In this document: positions 28,789 to 38,027 of the stretch, piece by piece
Layout of the letters: each line of letters begins with the position of its first letter
How positions within the stretch are numbered: the stretch's first letter is position 1
Sequence record: ON568341.1
Length of the DNA stretch: 64,000 nt
Direction: 5' to 3' (one strand)
Position numbers and translations under genes: made by a program
The notes under the pieces: model-generated
What the model was told of the DNA's origin: nothing
The model's database searches: none
The model's input: the letters and a program-made list of their open reading frames with translations, nothing else

Positions 28789-29916
28789 TTAAATATTATC
28801 TTGAATAGGTTGGACCGGAGCTTGCCATGAAAGAGTACAAATAATTTCCATTTTACCATAAGGACTATTATTAACTGAATCATTGAATACACATGAAATA
28901 ATTTCATCTACATCTGAAACTTCATGATTTGTTTCATTAACAATAAAACGCATCTGGTGATTAATATCAAAGTAGGATGTTGGTGCAATGACAGTACCAC
29001 CAATATTTTCGTTTGCTTCACCACCGAAACGAACAAACATATCGGTTACTGGAATGGAGTAAGGTTGAAGAATATTTACATCAATATTTGAAACCACATA
29101 ACCAGCAGGACAAGTTCCTATAACCAATAGTGCGTTTGTCCATGAATGGTCAATGATATTTCTTATAGAAATTGTATCTTTACCTGGTGCACCCGGTTCA
29201 CCTTGCTTACCTTGAATACCTTGTGGACCTTCTTTACCACGGAATAAAATACCACTACTCCATTCTTTTGATGGTGGGGTGGTAGTTGTTACTTCATCTA
29301 CATAATAAAGTTTACCATCAGTGTTGTTATAGAAACAATAATCAACTGGGAGGTTTTCTATGCTTGGAAATTGATCACCACTACCGTCAATATGGAAACG
29401 ACCACGTGGACCTTGCTCGCCACGGAAAGGAATACCATCACTCCATGTTGCTGTTACTTTTTGATAAAAATATAATTTACCATCTTGTGTATTGTAAAAT
29501 GTATAGTTATCAAAAAGACCAGAACTTGGAAAATTAGTTCCCGCACTATCGATATGAAAAGGCTTACCAGCTTCACCAGTATCACCTTTACCAAATTCTA
29601 CACTAATCCATGTACTGGTTTGTTCTTGTGCATCATTTGATTTAAAATACAAAGTACTTGTGTTATTTGCCAAGCTAAGGTAGCACCAACCAAGTGGTTC
29701 ACCAACTTTGAATTTATCAGACGGAACTTCAAAACCAATCTCGTTTGGATAAAAGTTCTTACCGTTTTCACCATTTTGTCCTACAACAAGACCTAAATCT
29801 TGAATTGTATTATCGGTATAGGTTACAATTAAATGACCAGCAGCATTAATAACTAGACTTTTGATGCCGGAGTTATTACATGAACCACTGGACCCATTGT
29901 TAAATGAAATTGTCAT
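28789..29916 (-). CDS. Collagen-repeat-containing virion fibre protein
   Basis: G-X-Y runs: GQNGENG, GKGDTGEAG, GEQGPRG, GKEGPQGIQGKQGEPGAPGKD. Confidence 0.7.
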   Translation of the reverse strand: MTISFNNGSSGSCNNSGIKSLVINAAGHLIVTYTDNTIQDLGLVVGQNGENGKNFYPNEIGFEVPSDKFKVGEPLGWCYLSLANNTSTLYFKSNDAQEQTSTWISVEFGKGDTGEAGKPFHIDSAGTNFPSSGLFDNYTFYNTQDGKLYFYQKVTATWSDGIPFRGEQGPRGRFHIDGSGDQFPSIENLPVDYCFYNNTDGKLYYVDEVTTTTPPSKEWSSGILFRGKEGPQGIQGKQGEPGAPGKDTISIRNIIDHSWTNALLVIGTCPAGYVVSNIDVNILQPYSIPVTDMFVRFGGEANENIGGTVIAPTSYFDINHQMRFIVNETNHEVSDVDEIISCVFNDSVNNSPYGKMEIICTLSWQAPVQPIQDNI

Positions 29917-29952
29917 ATTATTTCCCTTTTATGAGTTAATGTCATATACCAA

Positions 29953-29994
29953 TATTTATCAGTACAAAATACATTTCGTCGCCATTAATAAATA
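29953..29994. promoter_or_regulatory. Back-to-back late promoters (TAAATA on each strand)
   Basis: TATTTA at 29953-29958 (minus) and TAAATA at 29989-29994 (plus), 37 and 32 nt from the divergent start codons. Confidence 0.65.
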
Positions 29995-30025
29995 AATGAA
30001 AGTTCACTACTAAAAGGGCTTAACA

Positions 30026-30523
30026 ATGGCATTAAGATCAAAAAACTTTCTTTTTAAAAGAAAAACAAAAGATGGTTCATGGCAAGATTTTCCTGAATCC
30101 GATAGTTGGTATCCAGCTAATTTGGATTATCTTTGGAATGAACAAACATTACCACTGGCAAGTGGTGGCTACTATGGTAGCACTACTGGGTTGCATACCA
30201 TTTCATTTACACTACGTAATTTTATTGGTAGAATTTATGTATTAGCAACATTAGCTAGTAATCCGACTGACGATGATTGGTTCCCAATTAAATTCACTGA
30301 AAGTTGTAAATATTATCTTGAATTTACTGATATGGTTATTTTAAATCCAAACGGCGGTGATTTAATTAGACAACAAGGAACTACCGGAACATTTGCAGAA
30401 ACAGTGACAGGCAACTTTACATATATTAAAGTTGGTATTGATCGTGATTATATTAGTAAGTACCCGTCTGATGTACAAAAAAGTTTAGCGGGTAAGTTAG
30501 AACAAATTTTAATTAACTACTAA
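30026..30523 (+). CDS. Hypothetical virion protein
   Basis: 165-aa ORF under a late-type promoter. Confidence 0.65.
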   Translation: MALRSKNFLFKRKTKDGSWQDFPESDSWYPANLDYLWNEQTLPLASGGYYGSTTGLHTISFTLRNFIGRIYVLATLASNPTDDDWFPIKFTESCKYYLEFTDMVILNPNGGDLIRQQGTTGTFAETVTGNFTYIKVGIDRDYISKYPSDVQKSLAGKLEQILINY

Positions 30524-30532
30524 GGATTAGAA

Positions 30533-31141
30533 ATGAAATTAGAAGCAGAACAACCAAAACTATTCGTTAAAGGTCATGTACTAATTACCGACGTTACTGA
30601 TCCATCAAATCAAAAGGTCGTTTTAGATAAATCTAACGCTATTCACCCAGAAAATATGAGTACTGCAATTGCTAATGCGTTAGCATATAATCAAGATAGC
30701 ACAAGTATTCCTATTGGTTCGATTAGCGAGATGCGTTTTGGTAATGGTGGTACGGTAGTGTTAAGTACTGGTCGTGTCACTTACAAAAAACCACGTGTCA
30801 CTTCATTTGGTGGTTTGTATTCACAAACATATTTGAAAAAAATTAACCCTAGAATCACCGCTGGCATTGATTCACAATATAATAATATAACAACCGTGCA
30901 TATCCCAGGACAATCATATACGGACATTGTGTGCATTTGTACTCTTGGTTTAGGTGAACCATCAGACCAAGGTGTAAGTTCAGGTACAAGTATGGATGGA
31001 ACTTATGTATTTGACGAATTGGGTCTATATACTGATGGTGATAGCGGTATTCCGTTGACACATATCATTTTTCACCCAGTTGAGAAAAGTGCAAATCGTG
31101 TGTTGCAAATTAAATACACAGTTCGTGTACAACTACAATAA
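30533..31141 (+). CDS. Virion structural protein (baseplate/fibre attachment-like)
   Basis: KGHVLITD, FGNGGT, FDELGL and FHPVEKSANRVLQIKYTVRV, resembling fibre-attachment proteins of large myophages. Confidence 0.55.
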   Translation: MKLEAEQPKLFVKGHVLITDVTDPSNQKVVLDKSNAIHPENMSTAIANALAYNQDSTSIPIGSISEMRFGNGGTVVLSTGRVTYKKPRVTSFGGLYSQTYLKKINPRITAGIDSQYNNITTVHIPGQSYTDIVCICTLGLGEPSDQGVSSGTSMDGTYVFDELGLYTDGDSGIPLTHIIFHPVEKSANRVLQIKYTVRVQLQ

Positions 31142-31153
31142 TGGGGTCAAATA

Positions 31154-32254
31154 ATGAGTGTAAGTTATACAATTTATAGAAGTAATGGTAGTGTTTATGC
31201 TACTATTCCAAATAATGTTATTCTGGGACCAAATCAACCAGGAAGCAACCCAGTTCCGTTAAATTTCGTTGGTAGGAATAAAGTAAGTTATGGACAAGCA
31301 TGGAATGAAAACTTTTTACATTTAGTTGAGAATTTCAGTTCAGCTTCTGCTCCACGCGGGAACGTCAATGGACAACTTTGGTACAGAAATGCTGGCAGTA
31401 CTGGCGAATTGTTGATATCATTGGTAGATAATGCCAGACAACCATCAGATATTGTAAGTGAAGCTGAGTGGGCTTCTATTCCCATGATTACAGTGTTCAA
31501 TACTGTACCTGACGGTGAAAATAGCGTCATGGGTCGCATGGTATTAACTAGTAATGGTGATTCACTTCGTGTATTAATGAAAAATAAAGAATGGCGTGAA
31601 ATTCAAACATCACGCCCAGAGAACAAAGAATATACATCATTATTGGATATTAACTATGACGATGGAAAAAAATACATTGAGTTCACACAAAATAATAGTA
31701 CCAAACCCATCGCATATTTTAACTTAGGTGGTACTTCACAAGTAGATACCAATAACTGGACAACCTTAACTAATGGTACTGGTGTATTTGAATTCGGTAG
31801 TAACTATTTTTATGAATTGAAAATTATGATTAGAGAGGTAAACGATTCATCTGGTGAAATTGTCTCAGTTCCATACAACTCAAAAACATTTTTTATTAAA
31901 GGACAATTTTATGTAGATAATCAAGGAACTTTTGTTCCTGGTTCAGTGGGGGCAAGCCAAATGCCAGATCCACGTAGAATTACTCAGCTAGAATCAATCA
32001 AGGACGTTATCACCAGTAGTCGTCAAAACTGGGATGTGAATATTGTTATTAATGGTGTAGATCCATCTCTACCTAATCCTAATGGTACATCCAAAGCAGA
32101 CTATGAAAGCTGGGTTATCAACTCACTAAACTCAAATAAAAACTTAGGTTTTCGAGTAGATGGAAGCATTGGTAATCTTTCTCCAGGTGAATCTGTGAAG
32201 CTACAAGCATCAGTACTATTAAATATTACAGGTATTCCAATTATTGGTGTATAA
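31154..32254 (+). CDS. Virion structural/fibre-associated protein
   Basis: N-terminal VGRNKVSYGQAWNENFLHLVENFS..APRG...GQLWY motif typical of jumbo-phage fibre proteins. Confidence 0.6.
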   Translation: MSVSYTIYRSNGSVYATIPNNVILGPNQPGSNPVPLNFVGRNKVSYGQAWNENFLHLVENFSSASAPRGNVNGQLWYRNAGSTGELLISLVDNARQPSDIVSEAEWASIPMITVFNTVPDGENSVMGRMVLTSNGDSLRVLMKNKEWREIQTSRPENKEYTSLLDINYDDGKKYIEFTQNNSTKPIAYFNLGGTSQVDTNNWTTLTNGTGVFEFGSNYFYELKIMIREVNDSSGEIVSVPYNSKTFFIKGQFYVDNQGTFVPGSVGASQMPDPRRITQLESIKDVITSSRQNWDVNIVINGVDPSLPNPNGTSKADYESWVINSLNSNKNLGFRVDGSIGNLSPGESVKLQASVLLNITGIPIIGV

Positions 32255-32283
32255 AAAAAAAGGAGCCAAGTGGCTCCTTTTTT
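32253..32283. terminator. Bidirectional terminator
   Basis: A-run, GGAGCC-AAGT-GGCTCC, T-run, between convergent genes. Confidence 0.88.
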
Positions 32284-32746
32284 AATATCTATATGGTAAA
32301 CTATTGACAAACTGAGTACCTTCACGTATACTTTCCCATAATGAGTAAAAATCTTTCATTAAGTTGGTGTTAAGTAATGTGTTTTTAGCTCCTGGGTGTA
32401 ATGGTTTAGGCCACGAACCAATTTTAACCCATGCATAACCAGAGCTTTCATGATTTAAAATTGGTATAAATTCATTTTCAACCACAATAACAAATGAATA
32501 ATATTTAAATTTTCCATTTTTTGTGCAAAATACATCAAACGGTATAATATCAATAATATCTGGTATTGAGTCACCTAACTCTTCTTTAATTTCTCTCATC
32601 AAACCTTGTAATGGTGTTTCGTTATGTTCAAGCTTTCCACCAACAAATGCCCAGTTGTTAGAATAGGTACTTCTTTCAGAACGCAAGTTTAACATCATAT
32701 GTCCAGTACTTTTTGATAAAAAAATAGCACCAACAGCTTCATTCAT
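32282..32746 (-). CDS. Nudix hydrolase
   Basis: Nudix box GGKLEHNETPLQGLMREIKEELG. Confidence 0.92.
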   Translation of the reverse strand: MNEAVGAIFLSKSTGHMMLNLRSERSTYSNNWAFVGGKLEHNETPLQGLMREIKEELGDSIPDIIDIIPFDVFCTKNGKFKYYSFVIVVENEFIPILNHESSGYAWVKIGSWPKPLHPGAKNTLLNTNLMKDFYSLWESIREGTQFVNSLPYRY

Positions 32747-32758
32747 AACAACACCTCC

Positions 32759-34102
32759 TTATTTGTCAGTGAAAGTTATTTTCCAATATCCTTGTCGATA
32801 AACAGGCATAATACTCTTATGCCATTTAAATTTGTCATTATACCTATAATAACCATTATCTTCTTTATTATAAATGTAGTTACGTACAGATGATGGGTCA
32901 ATTAACTCAACACCATCGTTTGTAATTTTAAACATATAATTTGAAGGAATTTCGGTTTCTTTATAAATGATGTTATGTATACTGTTATTTACATAATATT
33001 GTTCCGGTATTGCATCGAAAAGAACTGAACCTTTCTGTACAAAACCGTGTATCGTATAATCGACAGTATAGTTACTATTATCAAGCTGTACAATAATTTT
33101 GTTAGCATCTTCATTTTCACCATATGAAGATATATAGCCTTTAAGTGGGTTGTCTTCTTCGATTGACTGTTGAAATTTAATACCTACTTTTTTGTCATCA
33201 AAATTTGGTTCTAAATATTTAAGATATTTTTCCCATGAATATATACCACCATTAGGCGAAACATCAGATAATGATTGACTGACTAAAGTTAGCTGATATG
33301 TATCTGGCAAATTATATAAAGAATTAGTTATTTCTTCAACTTTAATACATAAATTTTTGGGTGTAAAAACATCAGTAATTATATCAGTATAGTCACCCAT
33401 TTCAATATCAAATTCGTCACGAGCACCTTTAATGTTAGTAGTAATTTGTTGAATTAGTTTTGGCTTTTCAACAATAGCTGGCAAAGAAAACCATATTGTT
33501 GTTTCAAATGTTAATACCATTATATCTAAATCTTGGTCAGTACCTTGTGGAAAACCACGCGTGGTGAACTGACAATCAATTAATTCAACATCACTAAGTG
33601 ATGTCCAGTCCAATGGATTATCTGATAATTGAAGCTGGATGCTTGGTGCAAATAAAGTAGAGATTTGCTCGAATAATTCCATTTTTGTTTGAATTTGAGT
33701 TACCCAAATGTTCAAATCAAATGTAAAAGTCCAAGGTACAGGGTTGTGTCTTACAATTTTATACTGTGTGTCAAGTTCCTTTTTATATTCATTAATGGCA
33801 GGAGACTTGTTCGTCCCCATCACTAAAGTTTCATTTGCATTAGAGCGTACACTCTTGCGATCCAACTTTAGTTGGTTAACACTTATTGTCATAATAGGTG
33901 CTGATGGTAAAACATTTTCACTATTCCCATTAATAATTGCTGCTGCCATTCTTGAAATATCAGCATAACGACATGGAACTTTTTTATATTTTGGGTTCCC
34001 ATCAGCATCAACGCCATTTTGCACTTGAAATTCACCAAAAACTCTGATAAGATGTTTCAGTACTCTGCGAAATTGACCGTCATAATAATAATCTATCTTC
34101 AT
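32759..34102 (-). CDS. Tail sheath stabiliser/terminator protein (T4 gp15-like), C-terminally extended
   Basis: YYDGQFRR, KKVPCRY, PVPWTFTFDLNIW and ELFEQI..LFAP. Confidence 0.75.
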   Translation of the reverse strand: MKIDYYYDGQFRRVLKHLIRVFGEFQVQNGVDADGNPKYKKVPCRYADISRMAAAIINGNSENVLPSAPIMTISVNQLKLDRKSVRSNANETLVMGTNKSPAINEYKKELDTQYKIVRHNPVPWTFTFDLNIWVTQIQTKMELFEQISTLFAPSIQLQLSDNPLDWTSLSDVELIDCQFTTRGFPQGTDQDLDIMVLTFETTIWFSLPAIVEKPKLIQQITTNIKGARDEFDIEMGDYTDIITDVFTPKNLCIKVEEITNSLYNLPDTYQLTLVSQSLSDVSPNGGIYSWEKYLKYLEPNFDDKKVGIKFQQSIEEDNPLKGYISSYGENEDANKIIVQLDNSNYTVDYTIHGFVQKGSVLFDAIPEQYYVNNSIHNIIYKETEIPSNYMFKITNDGVELIDPSSVRNYIYNKEDNGYYRYNDKFKWHKSIMPVYRQGYWKITFTDK

Positions 34103-35592
34103 TCTGTATCCTTATGTATACGATATGCAGTATTTGGTTTAACTGCGTCATGTAATGGAACTTTATTATCACTATTTACAAACTTAGTAAGTGCTAAATC
34201 TGCACCTTCCCATGGTTTTCTGCCACCATAATCAAAAATAACCCATGAATTCTTTGTTGCATTGAATTCCCATAGTGTGACTGGTGTATAATCGGTGCGA
34301 TAAAAATAATCCCCATCAACTGCGTCCGTAGGGAACATAGTTCCTTCTGGTACAGTTCCCCTGGCGGGTGGAATTTTCGGTCGATAATCCTGTTGGGCAT
34401 CAATATTTCCATATACACTATTTGATGTGAATGGCTCATTGACATAGGTTACTTTTGGTTCACCCCATCTATCGTCATTGTACTGAAAAATATGCGGTTC
34501 TTTATAAAAAATACAAAAATCTTCAATATCTTGCGGTGGAATATCACTTGTAGTGTATTCTACATCACAATTTAGCCATTTTTTAGCACTTTTGTCATAC
34601 TGATACAACGTATACCCGGTCACATCTGCATCATTTTCTTTAAAGAAGAAATCCCCATCCATTGGTTTTTTTGGAAAAATGGTTCCACGCTTGACTTCCA
34701 GTGAAATCCATGTATCATTGTCATACTCTTTAAGTACTGGGTACGTTTTTTTCAAAAAATACATACCATTAGCAGGTTCTTCTGGAAAATCGTAACCGTT
34801 GAGCATATATTTAGATAAATCTACGGTGTCGCGGCGGTCATCATACAAATGCTCGTTCGTATAATGGATATAAGGTACTTCATCATCAGCTTGCATGATA
34901 ATACGGTTCATAATATCCATTTCATTACTATAGTTACTGTTTTCGGACGTACCATCAGTAGTGTTTCCATTACCATTATTTGGATCATTTGGGTTATCTG
35001 GGTAATTATTGTTTCCCAGCAAGTCAGAGTACTCAGGTGAATCAGTTAGTGGTTTCACTCGAAGTTTGTAAATGTGGTGTTGCCACGTCACAGAGTAACC
35101 TTCGGCTGTACGAAATGCATCTTGTACCACATAGAAGCGATTTAGTCCAGAATCTTTACCAAGTACATCATAATCACGTAAATTTGGCAGTTCTATCACA
35201 TCACCAGGCATGATTTTCCTGCCTAATCGTTGCATCATCGTATTGTAATGAATTGTGATGTCCATTGTATTAAAATTAAAGAACAATCCTGGGATTTTCA
35301 AGTCAGGAGTTGCTTCTTGGACTTGATAAACACAACTAAGTGTGATTGCTTCAAGGTTGTAGCTTCGATTTGGCGTGTCTCCAAAAATTAAATCACCAAT
35401 ACTTGACACAACCGTACCAGAAGATGTATAATCACCACCATATGATAAGTCATTGGTATCAGCAACTGGTTTTGGACCGACATAAGCGTAAAGCCACATG
35501 TCAACTCCACCAATATTGTATTGTTCGGCAATGGCAGAGTCAATGAACTTGTAATCATTTGTTCTACCTTTTTTCCACATTCTATATGTCAT
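34099..35592 (-). CDS. Neck protein (T4 gp14-like) with C-terminal repeat extension
   Basis: EQYNIGGVDMWLY, IFGDTPNRSY, GRKIMPGDVIELP. Start moved to MTYRMW (GGAG RBS). TAAATA at 35624-35629. Confidence 0.7.
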   Translation of the reverse strand: MTYRMWKKGRTNDYKFIDSAIAEQYNIGGVDMWLYAYVGPKPVADTNDLSYGGDYTSSGTVVSSIGDLIFGDTPNRSYNLEAITLSCVYQVQEATPDLKIPGLFFNFNTMDITIHYNTMMQRLGRKIMPGDVIELPNLRDYDVLGKDSGLNRFYVVQDAFRTAEGYSVTWQHHIYKLRVKPLTDSPEYSDLLGNNNYPDNPNDPNNGNGNTTDGTSENSNYSNEMDIMNRIIMQADDEVPYIHYTNEHLYDDRRDTVDLSKYMLNGYDFPEEPANGMYFLKKTYPVLKEYDNDTWISLEVKRGTIFPKKPMDGDFFFKENDADVTGYTLYQYDKSAKKWLNCDVEYTTSDIPPQDIEDFCIFYKEPHIFQYNDDRWGEPKVTYVNEPFTSNSVYGNIDAQQDYRPKIPPARGTVPEGTMFPTDAVDGDYFYRTDYTPVTLWEFNATKNSWVIFDYGGRKPWEGADLALTKFVNSDNKVPLHDAVKPNTAYRIHKDTE

Positions 35593-35634
35593 ATTTGTCT
35601 CCAAAATAATTCGGGTATATCTTTATTTACCATG

Positions 35635-35662
35635 TAGACAAACCATAAGAATGTGATATAAT
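35635..35662 (+). promoter_or_regulatory. Early/middle promoter of the GACAA class for the ClpA-like gene
   Basis: TAGACA-16 nt-TATAAT, ATGTGA extension identical to P1/P2. Confidence 0.75.
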
Positions 35663-35703
35663 GTTTATTAATTAGAGTGACGGTGAATCACATAGGAGAA
35701 TAC

Positions 35704-37992
35704 ATGAATCTTACTCAATTGTTCAAAAAAAGCGACGAACTGGCAACATCTCTCGGTCATACATTCTTGACTATTGACCATGTGAGTGCTACAGTACTAA
35801 CCATTGATAGCATCAAGAACGTGTTTGAAGATATGAATATTGATGCAGACAAATTGCATAATCGCTTGATGGACTATCTTAAAAATACATCGGTTCCACA
35901 TGCACCAAAAAGTACAAAAGATGAAGATGCCAATCGTACTTCACTACTAGTAAATCGTGTCGTACATGAGCTTTCAAAAAAATCTGTCATTGAACAACTA
36001 AAAACTGATGATTTTTCGATTGATGCATATTTTGTACTATTTGAATGCTTGTCTTTCCCAAACACTGCACTTGAAGCTGCATTGAAAGAAGAAGGTGTTA
36101 GTTGTACTGAGGCGGCTCGTGCACTACAGAAACATGTTGAGACACTTAATAAGGGTATCAACCTACAAAGCATTAATGATGAACCTACTGGAGATAAAAA
36201 AGTGGCTCAACCACAGCAATCATCTAAACAAAAAGGGTTAGAAGACTACACCACGAATCTAACCGCTCTTGCAAAAGAAGGAAAATTAGATCCGATGATT
36301 GGTCGCCAAAAAGAACTGCGTGCACTGATTGAGACACTCGCTCGTAAAACTAAAAAGAATGCAATTCTTACTGGTGAAGCTGGTGTAGGTAAAACACAAA
36401 TCATTGATGGACTGGCTCAAGCCATCGCTGATGGTAATGTACCTGAACACCTGAAAAATGTTGAAATTCTTTCACTAAATGTTGGTGCATTGACTGCTGG
36501 TACAAAGTACCGTGGTGAGTTTGAAGAACGCATCGATAATTTACTAAAAGAACTAAAGAAACGCGAAAATACTATTGTTTTCATTGATGAAATTCATATT
36601 ATGGTTGGTGCAGGTTCTGCAAGTAATGGCTCTATGGATATGAGCAATATGCTAAAACCAGCACTTTCACGTGGTGAGATTCGTGTGATTGGTGCAACAA
36701 CATACGAAGAATATCGCAAAAATATCGAAAAAGATAGTGCATTAACTCGTCGTTTTATGAAAATTGACGTAGTTGAGCCGACAATTGATGAAACTCGTGC
36801 AATTGTTAATGGGTTAAAGCCAACTTATGAAAAATTCCATAATGTTGAGTTTACATCCGATGCAATGGATGCTGTAATTTCTCTCAGTGATAAATTCCTG
36901 AAGAATAAACACTTCCCTGATAAAGCAATTGACCTAATGGATGCTGCTGCTGCCAAAGTTCGCTCACGTGACAATAATAGTAAGCTTATTACTGCAAGCT
37001 TGGTTCAAGAAGTGGTTGCTGGTATTGCAAACTTAGATATCAATGTGGTTGCATGTACCGAAAGTGAACGTATGCGTAATCTTCCAGATGCACTTCGTTC
37101 ACGTGTATATGGTCAAGATGAGGCTATTCAAAAATTAGTAGATAACGTAATGGTTGCTCGTGCGGGACTACGTGATAAATCAAGTGTTCAGGGTGCATTT
37201 ATGTTCGTTGGTCCATCTGGAACTGGTAAAACTGAAATCACCAAAGCATTAGCTGATGCAACTGGTTCTGAACTTATTCGTTTTGATATGTCAGAGTTTT
37301 CACAAGAACATACAGTATCTAAACTTATCGGTTCACCTCCAGGGTATGTTGGTCATGATTCTGGTAACGGATTACTGCTAGATAAGATCGAACAGTTTCC
37401 GAATGCAGTACTGTTACTTGATGAAATCGAAAAAGCAGATCGTAAAGTACTACTAACCTTCCTACAGGTTCTGGATGAAGGTCGTTTGACTGGTTCACAA
37501 GGAAAAACTGTATATTTTAATAACGTAACTGTTATTATGACTACAAACCTTGGTGCGGCAGATTCAACCAAACGTAGTATTGGTATGAGTGGTAGTGAAA
37601 CTGCTCAAGATAAAGCAATCAAAGCATTTTTACCACCTGAATTCATTAACCGTATTGATAGTATCGTTACGTTTAATGAACTAAGCAGTGAAGCGATTGA
37701 TAGCATCATTGATAAATTTATTGGAAGCTTAAATGACCAAGTAAAAAGCCGTAATGTAAAAGTTACTCTTACAAAAGCAGCACGTGAATGGTTGGCACAA
37801 AATGGTGTACAGGCTGGTATGGGTGCACGACCAATGAAGCGTACAATTGAACAAAACATTCGTGTCCCACTAGCGAAAGAAATGCTGTGTGGAACGCTAG
37901 TGAATGGTGGTAACATCACATTTGATGTTATTAATGGTAAAATTGGTATCAAACCAAAACGTACCAGAACAGTTGAAAAATCACTAGCCTAA
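35704..37992 (+). CDS. clpA: ClpA-like Hsp100 AAA+ chaperone
   Basis: Clp N-domain (GHTFLTIDH), NBD1 [25 protein letters not shown]2 [15 protein letters not shown], no ClpB M-domain, SIGM loop. Start at ATG 35704 (AGGAG RBS). Confidence 0.9.
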   Translation: MNLTQLFKKSDELATSLGHTFLTIDHVSATVLTIDSIKNVFEDMNIDADKLHNRLMDYLKNTSVPHAPKSTKDEDANRTSLLVNRVVHELSKKSVIEQLKTDDFSIDAYFVLFECLSFPNTALEAALKEEGVSCTEAARALQKHVETLNKGINLQSINDEPTGDKKVAQPQQSSKQKGLEDYTTNLTALAKEGKLDPMIGRQKELRALIETLARKTKKNAILTGEAGVGKTQIIDGLAQAIADGNVPEHLKNVEILSLNVGALTAGTKYRGEFEERIDNLLKELKKRENTIVFIDEIHIMVGAGSASNGSMDMSNMLKPALSRGEIRVIGATTYEEYRKNIEKDSALTRRFMKIDVVEPTIDETRAIVNGLKPTYEKFHNVEFTSDAMDAVISLSDKFLKNKHFPDKAIDLMDAAAAKVRSRDNNSKLITASLVQEVVAGIANLDINVVACTESERMRNLPDALRSRVYGQDEAIQKLVDNVMVARAGLRDKSSVQGAFMFVGPSGTGKTEITKALADATGSELIRFDMSEFSQEHTVSKLIGSPPGYVGHDSGNGLLLDKIEQFPNAVLLLDEIEKADRKVLLTFLQVLDEGRLTGSQGKTVYFNNVTVIMTTNLGAADSTKRSIGMSGSETAQDKAIKAFLPPEFINRIDSIVTFNELSSEAIDSIIDKFIGSLNDQVKSRNVKVTLTKAAREWLAQNGVQAGMGARPMKRTIEQNIRVPLAKEMLCGTLVNGGNITFDVINGKIGIKPKRTRTVEKSLA

Positions 37993-37997
37993 AAAAG

Positions 37998-38026
37998 AAA
38001 AGGAGAGCATATTGCTCTCCTTTTTT
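37998..38026. terminator. Bidirectional terminator
   Basis: AAAAGGAGAGCA-TAT-TGCTCTCCTTTTTT. Confidence 0.88.
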
Positions 38027-38027
38027 A

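Noticed and set aside
28776-28907. N-terminal 44 aa of the 757-aa ORF call
   Set aside because: It overlaps the upstream collagen gene. The true start is ATG 28775 (MAVFSN), matching the paralogue at 26617 and preceded by a G-rich RBS.
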